Shown here in pieces: positions 48,670 through 61,323 of a DNA stretch of 64,000 bases (positions within the stretch are counted from its first letter, which is position 1; the number at the start of each line of letters is the position of its first letter). Origin of the DNA: Malacoraja senta (lineage: Eukaryota). The notes under the pieces are model-generated. The model was not told the DNA's origin and did not search any database. It saw nothing but the letters and a program-made list of their open reading frames with translations. The stretch covers positions 12,650,001-12,714,000 of the forward strand of contig CM075990.1 in NCBI GenBank assembly GCA_038087875.1. Reading direction: 5' to 3'. A program made the position numbers and the translations under genes.

Positions 48670-48820
48670 CTTCTGCCTGCATGTGAGTGTGTAGCACCAG
48701 CAATGGGTAACTGGCGAGCTGACCGACTATATTGGAAGCTGAGGCACTACCCACCACCAGTAAGACATGGGGCCTTTCACTGCCTGCGGCATATCTCTCT
48801 ATCCATAAGTTCTTCAGTGT
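48670..48820 (-). CDS. SCaMC-like carrier exon 9 equivalent
   Basis: cag|ACACTG...GAAG|gtgagt, 151 nt; TLKNLWIERYAAGSERPHVLLVVGSASASNIVGQLASYPLLVLHTHMQAE. Confidence 0.92.
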
Positions 48821-49695
48821 CTGCAAGAACAAATTTCAGACTCTTTAGAAAAGAACGGCAGCATTTATGGGCCTGGAAGGTGCAAAGTGCAAGTACGGAT
48901 TAAACATGTCCTGTATAAGATTGCAGTGCTAAACATGGAAAATAGAATCACGGAATTCAGTCTCAACTCTGTAAAATACTATAAAGTGTGATACATAGAG
49001 CAACTTGCATTAGTGATCACACAAAATGATAAGAACTGCACAAAATATTGGGTCTAAAATTTGGTTAGAAATAAGTAGAAAGGGACAAAAGGAGATAGGA
49101 AGATAATTTTAGGAAATTAGAGCGATTTTAGTCAAACAGGGGCACAGAGGACTAGTTTAGATGGGGCTCTTTGTTGAGCAGGGATGAGTTGAGCTGAAGT
49201 GCCTGTTCCAGTCAGCATCAATGGGGTAGAAGTGGAGATGGTCGAGAGTTTCAAGTACATAGGAGTGAACATCACCAAATATTTGTCCTGGGGCAAATGA
49301 AACTACGGCCAAGAAAGCACAACAACGCCTCGAATCAATCAGAAGACGAAGGACATATATTTTCAACAACTCGGACCAATTTCTACAGATACACCGTGGA
49401 AAATATCCTATTGGGCTACATCACAGATTGGCGGGCAACAGCTGAATCAAGACCATAAGAAATTACAAAGAGGAATGATACAGAGACGGACCACAAGAAA
49501 TTGCAGAACATTATGGACATCACACAAACCAACCTCCTCCCATCAAATCCATCTACACTTCATGCGGCTTCGGGAAAGCAGCCAACATAATTAAGGACCA
49601 TTTATACCTGGACAATCCCCCTTCTCCCGCCTGGCAAAAGGTACAAAAGCTTGCAATCACACACTCCCAGAGTCAAAAATGCTACGGATACTAAC

Positions 49696-49863
49696 CTCGT
49701 ACACTGCCAGGTCAATGCCAGCATATGGAACGATTCCCATGATATTTGGAACGTAGCCCCTGAAGAAAGTGGAAGCACCTTCATACATGAAAATATTCCT
49801 GACCATGGCGTAGAGTTCTCTTTGCTCTCCTGTCTTGCGCAACATCATTCTTGTTTTCACCAT
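49696..49863 (-). CDS. SCaMC-like carrier exon 8 equivalent
   Basis: tag|ATGGTG...TACGAG|gttag, 168 nt; MVKTRMMLRKTG...EGASTFFRGYVPNIMGIVPYAGIDLAVYE. Confidence 0.93.
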
Positions 49864-50827
49864 CTAGAGGAACCAAAACCAATTGCAGAATCATTAACAC
49901 CAAGGAGTACACAATGATAAAATAACTCAGATCAAGCAGCGTTTTTTTTTTAATGAAGTGAAAGGAAGAAGGCAAATAACCATGGTAGATCTGTGAGCAG
50001 CTGGTGTGGAATGCATGTTATGAAAGGGATGAAGATGATAACCAGGAAGTATATGTAACGGGAAAAATACAGATGAGAGAAGCACAATTATTAGGTGGAA
50101 TCACAAAAGAAAAATTTATAGATATTAGGTAAAAAAAAAATGTTTTAATGCTGATTATCTGCATTCTGGTCTCAATGATAAGAACAAGGCAGTCTGAAAG
50201 CCCCGGTTATGTGCTGTATAATTCTCAGGCTGAGGAGGCTGCAATGTTCTTCAGGAAAAGATGAAGTGCTGTTCCTTGAACAGGGCAGGTAGTCAAGGGT
50301 TGGAAAACGGACATGGGCTGTGATGGAGAATTAAAGGCAGGATTGGCTGGAAGCTCAGCATCATAAAACGTTTCATAAAGGTGTTTTACAAAGGCAGCCT
50401 CTCGATGTGTGATTTGTCTGCCCAGCATTAAGCCTATCAAATTGAAAAATAAATCACATGTGGCATTTTCGTTAATTCCCTCCAGATCGGGACCGGTTTA
50501 AGTGTGCAAACATAGAGACAACCTCCTAACGACGCTCACCAACAGTTATGGATTACCATCAGACTCAACATAACGCTACATTTTAGATCGTGCTTTAGGT
50601 AATATTATCTTTTGTTACAAGCAGATATTGAATAAGTGACTATATTCAAACCACAGTTAAAATTAGCAAGTGATAGTTCTCAAAATCGGACTTCTAGGAC
50701 ATTTGTAATGAGACGGCAATGGAGCAAAGTCTTGATGGCCACACAATGAATCCTTCAGTGGGCATGAATGGGAGTTTTAAAGAAGCGTAGAATTAAATAT
50801 TAGATTCTGAATGCACCTAAACATACT

Positions 50828-51121
50828 TTAGTTTAGAGATACAGCGCAGAAACAGGCCCTGCGGCCCATTGAGTCCACGCCGACCTCACAGTAACACTAA
50901 ACACACTTGGGACAATTTACAATTTTTACCAAAGCCAATTAACCTACAAACCTGGACGTCTTTTTTGAAGTGTGGGAGGAAGCCAGAGCACCTGGAGAAA
51001 ACCCACGCAGGTCACGGGGAGAGCGTACAAACTCCGTACAGACAGCATCCGTAGTCAGGATCGAACCCGGGTCTCTGCCGCTATAAGGGATCAACTCTAC
51101 CGCTGCGCCACCGTGCCGCCC
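50828..51121 (-). mobile_element. V-SINE (HE1-like)
   Basis: Same family, full length. Confidence 0.87.
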
Positions 51122-51439
51122 TACTTGCTACTACTCATCTGAGTAATTCAGCAATGAATGAGTTGATCTGTTTGCATGCATCTATGATGACGCCTATTAA
51201 AATGAGATGTGTTCCCGGAGACTTCACAAGGTGATAGGGCATGATCTCCGAATTATTGTAAGTGTACTGCCTCGGTGAGGTCTGCTACATGATTTTACCG
51301 GGTTACACGCAAAACAAAGCATTTCACTGACAATAACGTATCATTGAATCATTATTTCTAATGAGTAAATATTGCTACATCATAATAGATACATGCTCAC
51401 AATTAATCATAATCCAAAAGCCCGATCATATTGCCCTAC

Positions 51440-51547
51440 CTCAGCAGGATAGGTGGCTGATTGAGAAACTGCACCAGCCATTGATCCTGCAAGGAATCTC
51501 TCTTTCATTTGCAGATTTTGTGGATCAGCTGCAATTATACCCTTTAG
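51440..51547 (-). CDS. SCaMC-like carrier exon 7 equivalent
   Basis: cag|CTAAAG...GCTGAG|gtagg, 108 nt; LKGIIAADPQNLQMKERFLAGSMAGAVSQSATYPAE (not in ORF track). Confidence 0.92.
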
Positions 51548-51951
51548 CTGTAAACACATTTCAAAACCGTCAAGTAGTTAAAAGTTCTGTTGTTAAAAAT
51601 GTCACAGAAAGTACATCCAGTTGGCTTTCTAGTTTAATATTTTTATTCAGTACTTATAAGCATCGTGTAACACTACACCGTCGAGCCGTGTCCATCAAGA
51701 CTCGACACGATAAAGAATGGACACAAGAAGGGTTTCGGCCCGAAACATTGCCTATTTCCTTCGCTCCATAGATGCTGCTGCACCCGCTGAGTTTCTCCAG
51801 CACTTTTGTCCACCTGTCGGCACCCTTACTTTCAACAGTAAGGTTCATCTCTGTGTAGGAAGGAACCGGCAGATGCTGGTTTAAACCGAAGATAGACACA
51901 AAAAGCTGGAGTAACTCAGCGGGATAGGCAGCATCTCTGGAAAGAAGGAAT

Positions 51952-51987
51952 GGGTGACATTTCGGGTCGAGACCCTTCTTCAGTCTG
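51952..51987 (-). ncRNA. Putative minimal hammerhead ribozyme, sense to the carrier gene
   Basis: Minus strand CTGAAGA-A-GGGTC-TC-GACCC-GAAAT-GTC-ACCC. Confidence 0.5.
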
Positions 51988-53633
51988 AAGACCTGAAGCG
52001 TCACCCATTCCTTCTCTCCAGAGATGCTGCCTGTCCCACTGAGTTACTCCAGGCTCATCTCTTTTATCTCCTAAAGGTGACTTAGGGGGAAACAAGCTTG
52101 AAGCAGTAGAATGTTATTTAACTCCCAAAGCCCATCAATTGACTTTTCTTGGCTAATTCAAGATCTAGATATTGCTGTCAAAACCAACATTTATTACCCA
52201 CCCCTGAAAGCCCTTCAGGAGATGCTAGAGGGTCACTTTCTTGTAGTTATAGTCCTTCTGGTGAACATTTCCCCAAAATATTGATGACCAAGTTCCAGGA
52301 TTTAGCCCTTTTGAGTCCTTGCCTTGTAGATGGTAGAAAGGCTTTGTGTGTCAGGAGGTAAATCACAGAGGGGAGGATAAGCAGGTTCTGATCCTCTCTT
52401 GTAGCCACAGTATTCATTGCGGGTGCTCTACATGACATCTTGGTCAATGCTGCTATGAGGATGTTGTTGGTGAGAGATTTGGTCAACGTTAATGCCATCA
52501 AATGCAATGGGCAGCTTCTCTCTAGTTGGGGAGGGTTATCACCTGCTATTTTCTACAGTATAAATGTTACCTGCCACTTATCAGCCCATGCCTGAACATT
52601 TGTCTTGTTGCACGCAGGCAAGAGCGGTTGCATTTGCTGACGAGGTGCCAATGGAATTAAACATTGTGAAATCAGAGATCGTCTGACCTCACGGAAGGAA
52701 GATCAATGATGAAGCAACTGTAGATAGTTGGGTCCAAGACACACTTCCATATGCATCAATATCATGCCATAAGTGATAGGAGTAGAATTCGGCTACTCAG
52801 CCATTCAACCAAGGCTGATGTATCTCTACCTCCTAACCCCATTCTCCTGCCTTCTCTCCATAACCTCTGACACCTGTATATCCATATATATTCTCCCCGT
52901 AACCTCTGACACCTGACATCTCTAATGTCTTTAGTTTACAAACCTCAAATTAAAAAATAAGTTTTGCTCAGAAAATATCTAAACTTCCACCATTCTTTAC
53001 AAGTAGAGCTTCATCCTAACTTCAACCGAAAAGCCTAGCTCTAATTTTTAGGCAACTTCTGCTGGTCCTAAAGTCCTCAAAAAGCATAAAGAGTTACTTC
53101 CCATACATACTAATCACTCCCATTAGCTTCAAGATTGCAATATTGTAATTGAAGTCATTAACACTTTGACTGACCCATGTAATTGCAGCTCGTTAGGAAG
53201 AGAGGAAAGAAAAACTACTGAGGTCAGGGTCTAATTGGTGTGTGGAGCCACAAGAGACCACAGATGCTGCAATCTCGAACAAAACGCAAAGTGCTGGAGG
53301 AACTCAGCGAGTCGAGCACCATCAGGGGAGAGAATGGACAGGTGATGTTTTGGGTCCCAACCCAAAACGCCATCAGTCTATTCCCTCCACAGATGCTGGC
53401 TGATTCACTGAGTTCCTCCAACAGTTTGTGTTTGCTTTTAATTGCTATATGGTCAGTTAAGTTTGTAAACTTGAATGTTCTCCTCCACTTTCGGCTCCAG
53501 CTAAGATGTATCTAACACACCTGCGATAAAGCAGAATGTCTTGATGCACTACATAATGTCTTTCAGTTTTTAAACAGTTAGGTATAATAAGTAATAAAAT
53601 ACAAAACTACAGTGAATATATGCCTGCCCATAC

Positions 53634-53786
53634 CTCTTCATAAGCCATGAACTTAATGGCAAGCTCTGGGCAAATTTTGATAATGTTAGTTAGATTTCCT
53701 CTCCACATTGAACTGAAACCTCCTTCTGCTATCATTTGCTTTATGCCACTCAATATATTTATCTTGTTCTCTCGTGTAGAATAAAC
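53634..53786 (-). CDS. SCaMC-like carrier exon 6 equivalent
   Basis: tag|GTTTAT...GAAGAG|gtatg, 153 nt; VYSTRENKINILSGIKQMIAEGGFSSMWRGNLTNIIKICPELAIKFMAYEE. Confidence 0.92.
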
Positions 53787-54109
53787 CTAGAGAAATAGGT
53801 ACAAAAATAAGCTTTATTCGGGTAACTATAGGTCCAATAGATAGTGCTGATGAAGTGCGTGCACACACCCCCACATTAACTACAGCTGGTTTAAAACAGT
53901 GGATCAACAAAAAAGTCAGAGGAATCATTTGATATTGGGGTCACAATTTTCCTTTAAAAGTGCTAAATGAGTCGAATATGTCTGTGTCAGCTCTTTAGTA
54001 GACCTATCCAATCTACAAAATGGATGGAGTGCTTTGGCTTCTGACAAGTCACTTAACCCAATATAGCACTTTTGCAATGTTCAGGTTTATTTGTCATTGG
54101 CACAAGTCT

Positions 54110-55280
54110 GATGAGGTACACACTCCTTTTCATAGACTACAGCTCTGCTTTCAATGCCATTATTCCATCCAAGCTCATGCTCGTGGAACTTGGAGTCAGC
54201 ACTCCCTCACCTTTGCAACTGGATTCGCGACTTCCTGACCAACGGACCACAATCAGTGAGGATGGGTGACAAATCATCCTCTATGCCAACCCTCAAGACT
54301 GGTGCCCTGCGAGGATGTCTTCCCAGCCCCTTTCTTTTATCTTTACGCACCCACGACTGTGCAGCCTAATACAAATCCAATTCAAGTTACAAATCCGAAA
54401 AGGACACACCCAGAGTGGGCTGGATATCAAATCAGGAGACTGAGAACCTTGTAACCTGGTGCCAGGACAACAATCTGTCCCTCAATGTCAGCAAGGCAAA
54501 TGAGATTGGGATTGACTTCAGGAAGTGAAACGGTACACTTACCCTGGTATATACATTGACAAAGTATATACCAGGGTGCTGAAGTAGAGATGGTTAAAAC
54601 CATCAAGTTCTTAGAAGCAAATATCAGCAGCTAACCTATCTTGGACTAGCCATATAGAAGCGATGGCCGAGAAAGCACACCAACGCCTCTACTTCCCTAG
54701 AGACTTAGGAAGTTCGGCATGTCCCCAATAACTCTCACCAACTTCTACATGCACCATAGAAAGCATTGTATTGGGAATCATCACAGCATGGTTCAGGAAC
54801 AGCTGCATCCAAGACTGCAAGAGGTTGCAGAGAGTTGTGGACTTAGCCCAGACCATCATGCAAACCAATGCCCCTTCCATTTACTGCATCTACAGTTCAT
54901 AATCAAAGACGAGTCCTCACCCTGGTCACTCCTCCTCCTGCCCTCTCCCATCAGACAAGCGGTACAGAAGTGTGAAAACGCATTCCTCCAGATTCAGGAA
55001 CAGTTTCTTCCCAGCTGTTATCAGGTAACTGACCATCCTATCACCGATGAGTGCAGTCCTGACCTACCATCCACCTCACTGGAGACCCCCAGACTATCTT
55101 CAATCAGACTTTATTGAGCTTTATTTTGCTTGATTATGTACTATTCCCTTTATCCTGTATCTGTACACTGTGGACAGCCTGATGGTAATCAAGTATAGAC
55201 TTTTGGTGACTGGATAGCACGCAACAAAAAGCTGTTCACTGTATCATGGAACATTTGACAATACTAAAGTGAACTAAACT
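54110..55280 (+). mobile_element. Rex1/Babar-like LINE RT fragment, degenerate
   Basis: [33 protein letters not shown] and LPSGRR-like segments in shifting frames. Confidence 0.8.
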
Positions 55281-56527
55281 AAAACCTTGCCTGAAAAGAT
55301 TTTTTTGAAAGGCTTTCAATATATTAGAGAAAACAACTTAGGAAGAGAGCCTTGCAGTGCTCAGTAGCTCCATAAATATATATTCCCTTTATCATGTATC
55401 TTTATGCTGCGAATGGCTTGATTGTAACCTGTATTGTCTTTCCGCTGACTAGTTAGCATGCAACAAGAGCTTTTCATTGTACCTCGGTACACGTGACAAT
55501 AAACTAAACTAAACTAAACAAAGACGTCAATGTTTTAAGAATATGTGAATCTTAGTTATGGCTTCAATAAAGGTAGTTCTGCTATAACGTTCCCTTAAGA
55601 CGAATTGGATATAAGGCGAGTGATCGAGTGATGAATTAGAGAACACGGGCTGAACTGACTATAATGCGATTTTAAACAAGATCTAGAGAACCACTTAAAA
55701 GTTACTTTGGAATGTGACAAACAGAAAGAAAAGCTATCTTGGATTCAAACTGTATGTGGGGTGGGGGTCAGGGGAAACTTGTTTCCATGTAACCTACCAG
55801 TATTAATCAGATACCATTTTCTCTTAATAAACCAGCTGCCACTAACTGTGGTGGTCATTAAATTTGACAAGCAGTCGCTTCTATTGACACGTACTTCAAT
55901 ACTCTGTTACATGATGTTACATATTTTGCTGTAATAAAAATAACTTATTGCTATTAAAAAGACCATCTTTGAAAATCTTGTGAGAAAAGTAAAATAGACA
56001 ATAGACAATAGACAATAGGTGCAGGAGTAGGCCATTTGGCCCATCGAGCCAGCACCGCCATTCAATGTGATCATGGCTGATCATCTCCAATCAGTACCCC
56101 GTTCCTGATTTCTCCCCATATCCCTTGACTCCGCTATTTTTAAGAGCCCTATCTAGCTCTCTCTTGAAAGCATCCAGAGAACCTGCCTCCACCGCCCTCT
56201 GAGGCAGAGAATTCCACATATTTTGCTGTAATAAAAATAACTTATTGCTATTAAAAATTACTTATTGTTAAAAACTGCGTTATTATCTCTCGCCCCTAAC
56301 CCCCTATTACCTATTGAGACATTTGCCGTTGTCATACAGCATGGAAACAGGCTCTTCAACCCAACATGATGGCTTTATAACACGATTTTCCTCACCAGGT
56401 TTTCTAGGACGCAACTATTGCTTTACAGCAGAATCCGTGACTCCAAACCAGCAAACACAACAGGATCATTAACACGCTTGGGAAGCATAAATACGTAAAT
56501 TGTAGACACGAGCAATGAGCGTTCTAC

Positions 56528-56683
56528 CTGCATTAGCACTCTTAGACGATCAAAAGGGGCGGTGACAGTTCGTGAAGTTGCTCCAGCTGTGCCTCCTGCA
56601 ATCAGATGCCCCCACCACTTCTCTGGTTCCTGATTCTCCAAGAATTCGTCACAGTTGGTTATATCGTCGTTGATAGAAAAGAT
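56528..56683 (-). CDS. SCaMC-like carrier exon 5 equivalent
   Basis: cag|ATCTTT...ATGCAG|gtaga, 156 nt; IFSINDDITNCDEFLENQEPEKWWGHLIAGGTAGATSRTVTAPFDRLRVLMQ. Confidence 0.92.
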
Positions 56684-57925
56684 CTGTGAAGGTTTATGAT
56701 GAAAGAAAGCATTAAGATGGTAAAGTGACTATTTTTGTAGGTGCTTCCATCATAGGTTAATGTTAAAAGCTCAAATCCTCTGGAACTACCGCCATTTAAC
56801 TTGTGCATGCAGGACCTTCCTGTGTGGAATAAACTGGAGGTACAGACCCTGTTCAAGACTGGAGCACAAATAATGTAGGCATTAAACTCTTCTATTCTTT
56901 GGGAGGAGCTATCCCTCAAATAAGATGTTATTCAGGCCCCTTCTGTTCTCTCAAGTGGACATATGACATCCATATCCCCAATATCCTGACCTATATTTAT
57001 CTTGTGTTCAATATCACACTGCAACTTGGTGAACTTTGTACCTTGGCTGCCACACCTCTAATCCTAATGCACTTCAAAAGTACTTTAACAGATGCAAATC
57101 GGTTCAGGATGGTTCAAATCTATAAATGCTATTTCTTTCAAATGAAATATCTTTTTCTATCATATGTTAGGATTGAACAGACCCAACACCAATATTATTA
57201 TGACAGCGAGATTAAAAGAGATTACACCATTTATATACACGAATCCTATAATTTCTGTCATCTCGATACTTTATAACTTGCAAATCCATTTTTCAAGGAA
57301 GAATTAATGATCCGTGTGATTCTAACTAATCTCAAAGCAAATAACTTACAACCCATTCAATCCATAACCCCATCCATTTTAGGATACAGACCACGTTGAA
57401 CTATACTATTATTAAGAATAAAGGGGAGGCCATTTAGGACTGAGATGAGGAAAAACGTTTTCACCCAGAGAGTTGTGAATCTGTGGAATTCTCTGCCACA
57501 GAAGGCAGTGGAGGCCAATTCGCTGGATGTATTCAAGAGAGAGTTAGATATAGCTCTTAGGGCTAACGGAATCAAGGGATATGTGAAGAAAGCAGGAATT
57601 AGGTACTGATTCTGGATGATCAGCCGTGTTCATATTGAATGGCGGTGCAGGCTCGAAGGGCCGAATGGCCTACTCCTGCACATAGTTTCTATAAACTACC
57701 TTCATCAGTGGGAGTGAATCTGTCCAGCTGCAGACTCTAGATACATGTACATTTCATCATGGCACAAGCAGTCACAGAGCATTTAATCATTATCCAGTCA
57801 CTTGGCCTCCAGCCTTCTGTGGCAAAGAATTCCACAGATTCACCACCCTCTGAATTAAGAAATTACTCGTTATCTCCTTCCTAGAGGAAAGACCTTAAAT
57901 TCATCAATGTGCATACAATACTTAC

Positions 57926-58037
57926 ACTATTATTTCTCCAGACATCAATCATTTTTAGCATATTTTCCTCTTTGTCTGTTACATAGATTTTCCACCATTT
58001 GTTCCAGTCCATGTCCATATATATATCGTTGTCCAAG
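57926..58037 (-). CDS. SCaMC-like carrier exon 4 equivalent (degenerate EF-hand 4 plus amphipathic helix)
   Basis: cag|CTTGG...AATAGT|gtaagt, 112 nt, phase 2 to 0; LDNDIYMDMDWNKWWKIYVTDKEENMLKMIDVWRNNS. Confidence 0.87.
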
Positions 58038-59822
58038 CTGGTGAATTTTGAGAGAGCGACAGCAGTTTTTGGTTTCTTGCCATATTCTGTGCCATTTTAC
58101 TAAATACATACATTTATACCCTCAAAACATTTATTTTTCTCATTTATTCAAGGCAATGAAACATAGGTTTGTGCTTTCCAAGTTTATAATCTTACAATAC
58201 TGTTCTAGCCAAGGAAGAGAACCTGGCTAGAATACTAGCCAGTGTCTCCAGCAATTGAAACCCATTCTCCCCCCACTAATCTTTCAGTTACACATTCATT
58301 TCTCTAATCTTATTTTACACACTATGGCAATTTGCACATAGCTCGGGTAGTAACTGAGAACATCCCCTTTATAAGTTGTACTTTAACTGTTCATTTCTCT
58401 AATCTTATTTACATACCATGGCAATTTGCAGATAGCTCAGGTAGTAATTGAGAAATTGAGGCCATAGCCTCAGAATTTAAGGACTTTCCTATAGGAAGGA
58501 GATAACGAGGAATTTCTTTAGTCAGAGGGTGGTGAATCTGTGGAATTCTACTACAAATTCTACTACAAATCTCAAATTGTGGAGTACAGAGGAAAATAAA
58601 TAAATGATGAGTCTTTGTCCCAAACATTATGGAGGGGACTGTATAAATGCAACCAGGTAGGGTTTTTAAAGCAGTATGGCCTACCAGGGAGGAAGCAGCG
58701 TGTGACCCTTTTATGTTGGGGAATGAGCATGGGCGAGTGGTGGAACTCTCTTTGGTCTGAAGAAGGGTCTCGACCTGTAATGTCGTCCATTCCTTCTCTC
58801 CAGAGATGCTGCCTGTCCCGCTGAGTTACTCCAGCATTTTGTGTCTATCTATCTGGACAATGTTTTGGTCCTTATTCTGTCCGTGTTACCAACCAAAACA
58901 TCTTTACATCTTTGCCTCCACAGATGCTTCCTGACCCACCGAGCACTTCCAGCGATCTGTATCTTGTTTAAAAAAGATTCCCAGTGTTTTGATGTGATCT
59001 TACTGGATTATCTCATCTGTGTCTTGTGAATCGCCCTTTCATCCACCATTACGCAATGCAAATTTAGTTTAACGGTAAAGCAAATCATTCACTTATTCGA
59101 ACTCTTAAGTTTATTTATCGGCATGGGTATCATTGACAAAGCCAGCATTTATCCCACATTCTTAATTGCATTTGGTTCCATAAATTCATGTTAGAGAAGA
59201 AGAATTAGGTCATTCGGCCCATTGAGTCTACTCCACCAAACAATCATGGGTGATCAATCTTTCTCACCCAACCCCATTATCCTAACCATTGACACCCGTA
59301 TTAATTAAGAATCCATCTATCTCTGCCTTAAAAATATCCATTGACTTGGTCTCCACAGCCTTCTGTGGCAATGAATTCCACAGATTCACCAGCCCCTGAC
59401 TAAAGAAATTCCTCCTCATCTCCACCCTAAAAGAACGTCCTTTTATGCTGAGGCTGTGGCCTCTGGTCCTTGACTCACCCCACGTCTGCTCTACCTGGGC
59501 CTTTCACGATTTGGTAAGTTTCAATGAGACCCCACCCCCTCATTGTTTGGCACAATAGAGGGATTTGTTTAATCAATTCATAGAGTCAACCATGTTGCAT
59601 TGGCTGCATGGTTGTTCACAGGTGAGATCAGATAAGAACTGCAGTTTACTTTACCATCTGTGAGCCAAATGAGTTCTGGAATTTCACAAAAAAAAAAAAA
59701 TTCTAGATCCCATAATTAGCTGAATTTAATTTCACTAACTACCATTGCAGAATTGTAACTCCTGCCTAAGAATAATTAGCACAGATTTCTGGATCCAGTA
59801 ATTGAATTGCTACGCTACTTAC

Positions 59823-59910
59823 TGTAGTTTAATCTTTTTCGCTTGGTAGAAACCAAGACTGACATGTAGTTTTCCCATGAGTTGAATAATCTTCAATGTT
59901 CCAACTTTGC
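59823..59910 (-). CDS. SCaMC-like carrier exon 3 equivalent (degenerate EF-hand 3)
   Basis: tag|GCAAA...CTACA|gtaagt, 88 nt, phase 1 to 2; KVGTLKIIQLMGKLHVSLGFYQAKKIKL; phases fit both neighbouring exons. Confidence 0.82.
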
Positions 59911-61036
59911 CTACAAATTTAACAATATAATAGCAAAACAGTGCAGATGATAAAAATATGAAATTAACGTAGAAAAAAATGGAAGCATTAATTTCCCCAC
60001 CTCACAGGCGCTACTTGATATCTTGGAGTTTTAATTCACGCTAAATTTGCTTCCAAACAAAAAGGTAGAGGCTCCAAATTTGAAATAGAAACCGTGCTAA
60101 ACACTCACCACATGAAACAGCTGATGTAGGTAGTGTAGTCACAAGGAACTGCAGATGCGAGTTTACAGAAAAGGATACACAGTGCTGAAATAACTCAGCG
60201 GGTCAGGCAGCATCTCTGGAGTACATGGATTGGGGAGCACGCTTGTACCTCCAACCAGCTGCCAAATGAAAAAACCCTCCTCACCTGTATTCACCTACCA
60301 CTTGCCAGACTTTGTCCTGTCCCCACCTCTCCGCCAGCTTCACACATCATCCCACCCCCCCCACACACACACACACACAATCAGTCTGAAGAACTGTTAC
60401 ATGAACCTCTCCACGTTCTCCAGAGATACTACCAGACCCACTGAGCTCCCAAGCACTTTGTGACATTTTTGGGTATAGAAAGTGCAAGCTTCAGGTCAAT
60501 GATCTTCCTTCAGAAAGTATACGGGAGGCTCTTGAGAAACTGGACAAGCTGGATGAAGAGGGCACTGAAGCATTTTGTTTCACAGGTGGGACAATGCCGA
60601 CCTAAAGACATTTAATGCTCATTCTCTTATCGCCACTGGGAAAGTAAGAGTCAGCATGTAATGGGGACTAAAGTCAGAAAAGGGCCAGGAAAGAGAAAGA
60701 GAAAGATGAGCCATTTGTTTATTATTGGCATTCTACCAGATGTCATTGTTATTTGGTGCCAGATTTATTACATTTCATTATCTTAAGCAAAAACAAATCA
60801 CAGGATTAGCTATAAATACAGGTATCTCTCCAGACCCACTCACCACCCGCAGCCCAAGTGCCCCTTTAAACAACACAATATGGGCTAATTAGGTTTTGAA
60901 ACGATAGAAAACAGTGTCGCAGAGTGCAATGCTGTATCACCTACAAAGCCATGTTCATGCTGAACACAAATTGCACTTTCACAGTGGACAAGCTGATGGG
61001 CTATTTCAATGGCAACCATTTCACTGGCAGACTCAC

Positions 61037-61139
61037 CGGTTGTCTCATTTGCGATTTTCCCGAAGCCAAGTTTTAAATCCTTTTGCCGGCTCTTCAGATA
61101 TTTCCGGAATGCTTCAAAGTCTCTTCCGTCGAAGCCATC
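61037..61139 (-). CDS. SCaMC-like carrier exon 2 equivalent (degenerate EF-hand 2; 5' boundary uncertain)
   Basis: cag|GATGGC...ACCG|gtgagt, 103 nt; DGFDGRDFEAFRKYLKSRQKDLKLGFGKIANETT aligns with SCaMC [32 protein letters not shown]. Confidence 0.8.
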
Positions 61140-61323
61140 CTGTGATATTTTAGGGATATTTATTGAAAAGAAGAAATTTTAATGCCATCGCTTACTGACC
61201 ATCAATCTCCAGTTCACGGAGAGCCAAGAGACAGAAGCCACCTATAAGGAGTATTAATTTCACTCAACCATAGATCTGTGTCTAGATTCCAGATGTGAAA
61301 TATACCATTCTGTCCCCACAGCT

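Noticed and set aside
54541..54577. 14-bp-arm hairpin ACCCTGGTATATAC...GTATATACCAGGGT
   Set aside because: Small local inversion inside a decayed Rex/Babar copy; no evidence of function.
58295..58455. About 95-bp tandem duplication (also a 20-bp tandem at 43705-43746)
   Set aside because: Ordinary intronic or intergenic duplication with no coding or structural signal.
61196..61245. Possible carrier exon 1 (ALRELEIDGQ-like, followed by GTAAG)
   Set aside because: Donor is out of phase with exon 2, the intron would be only 56 nt, and the similarity is too weak; it might be a UTR exon.
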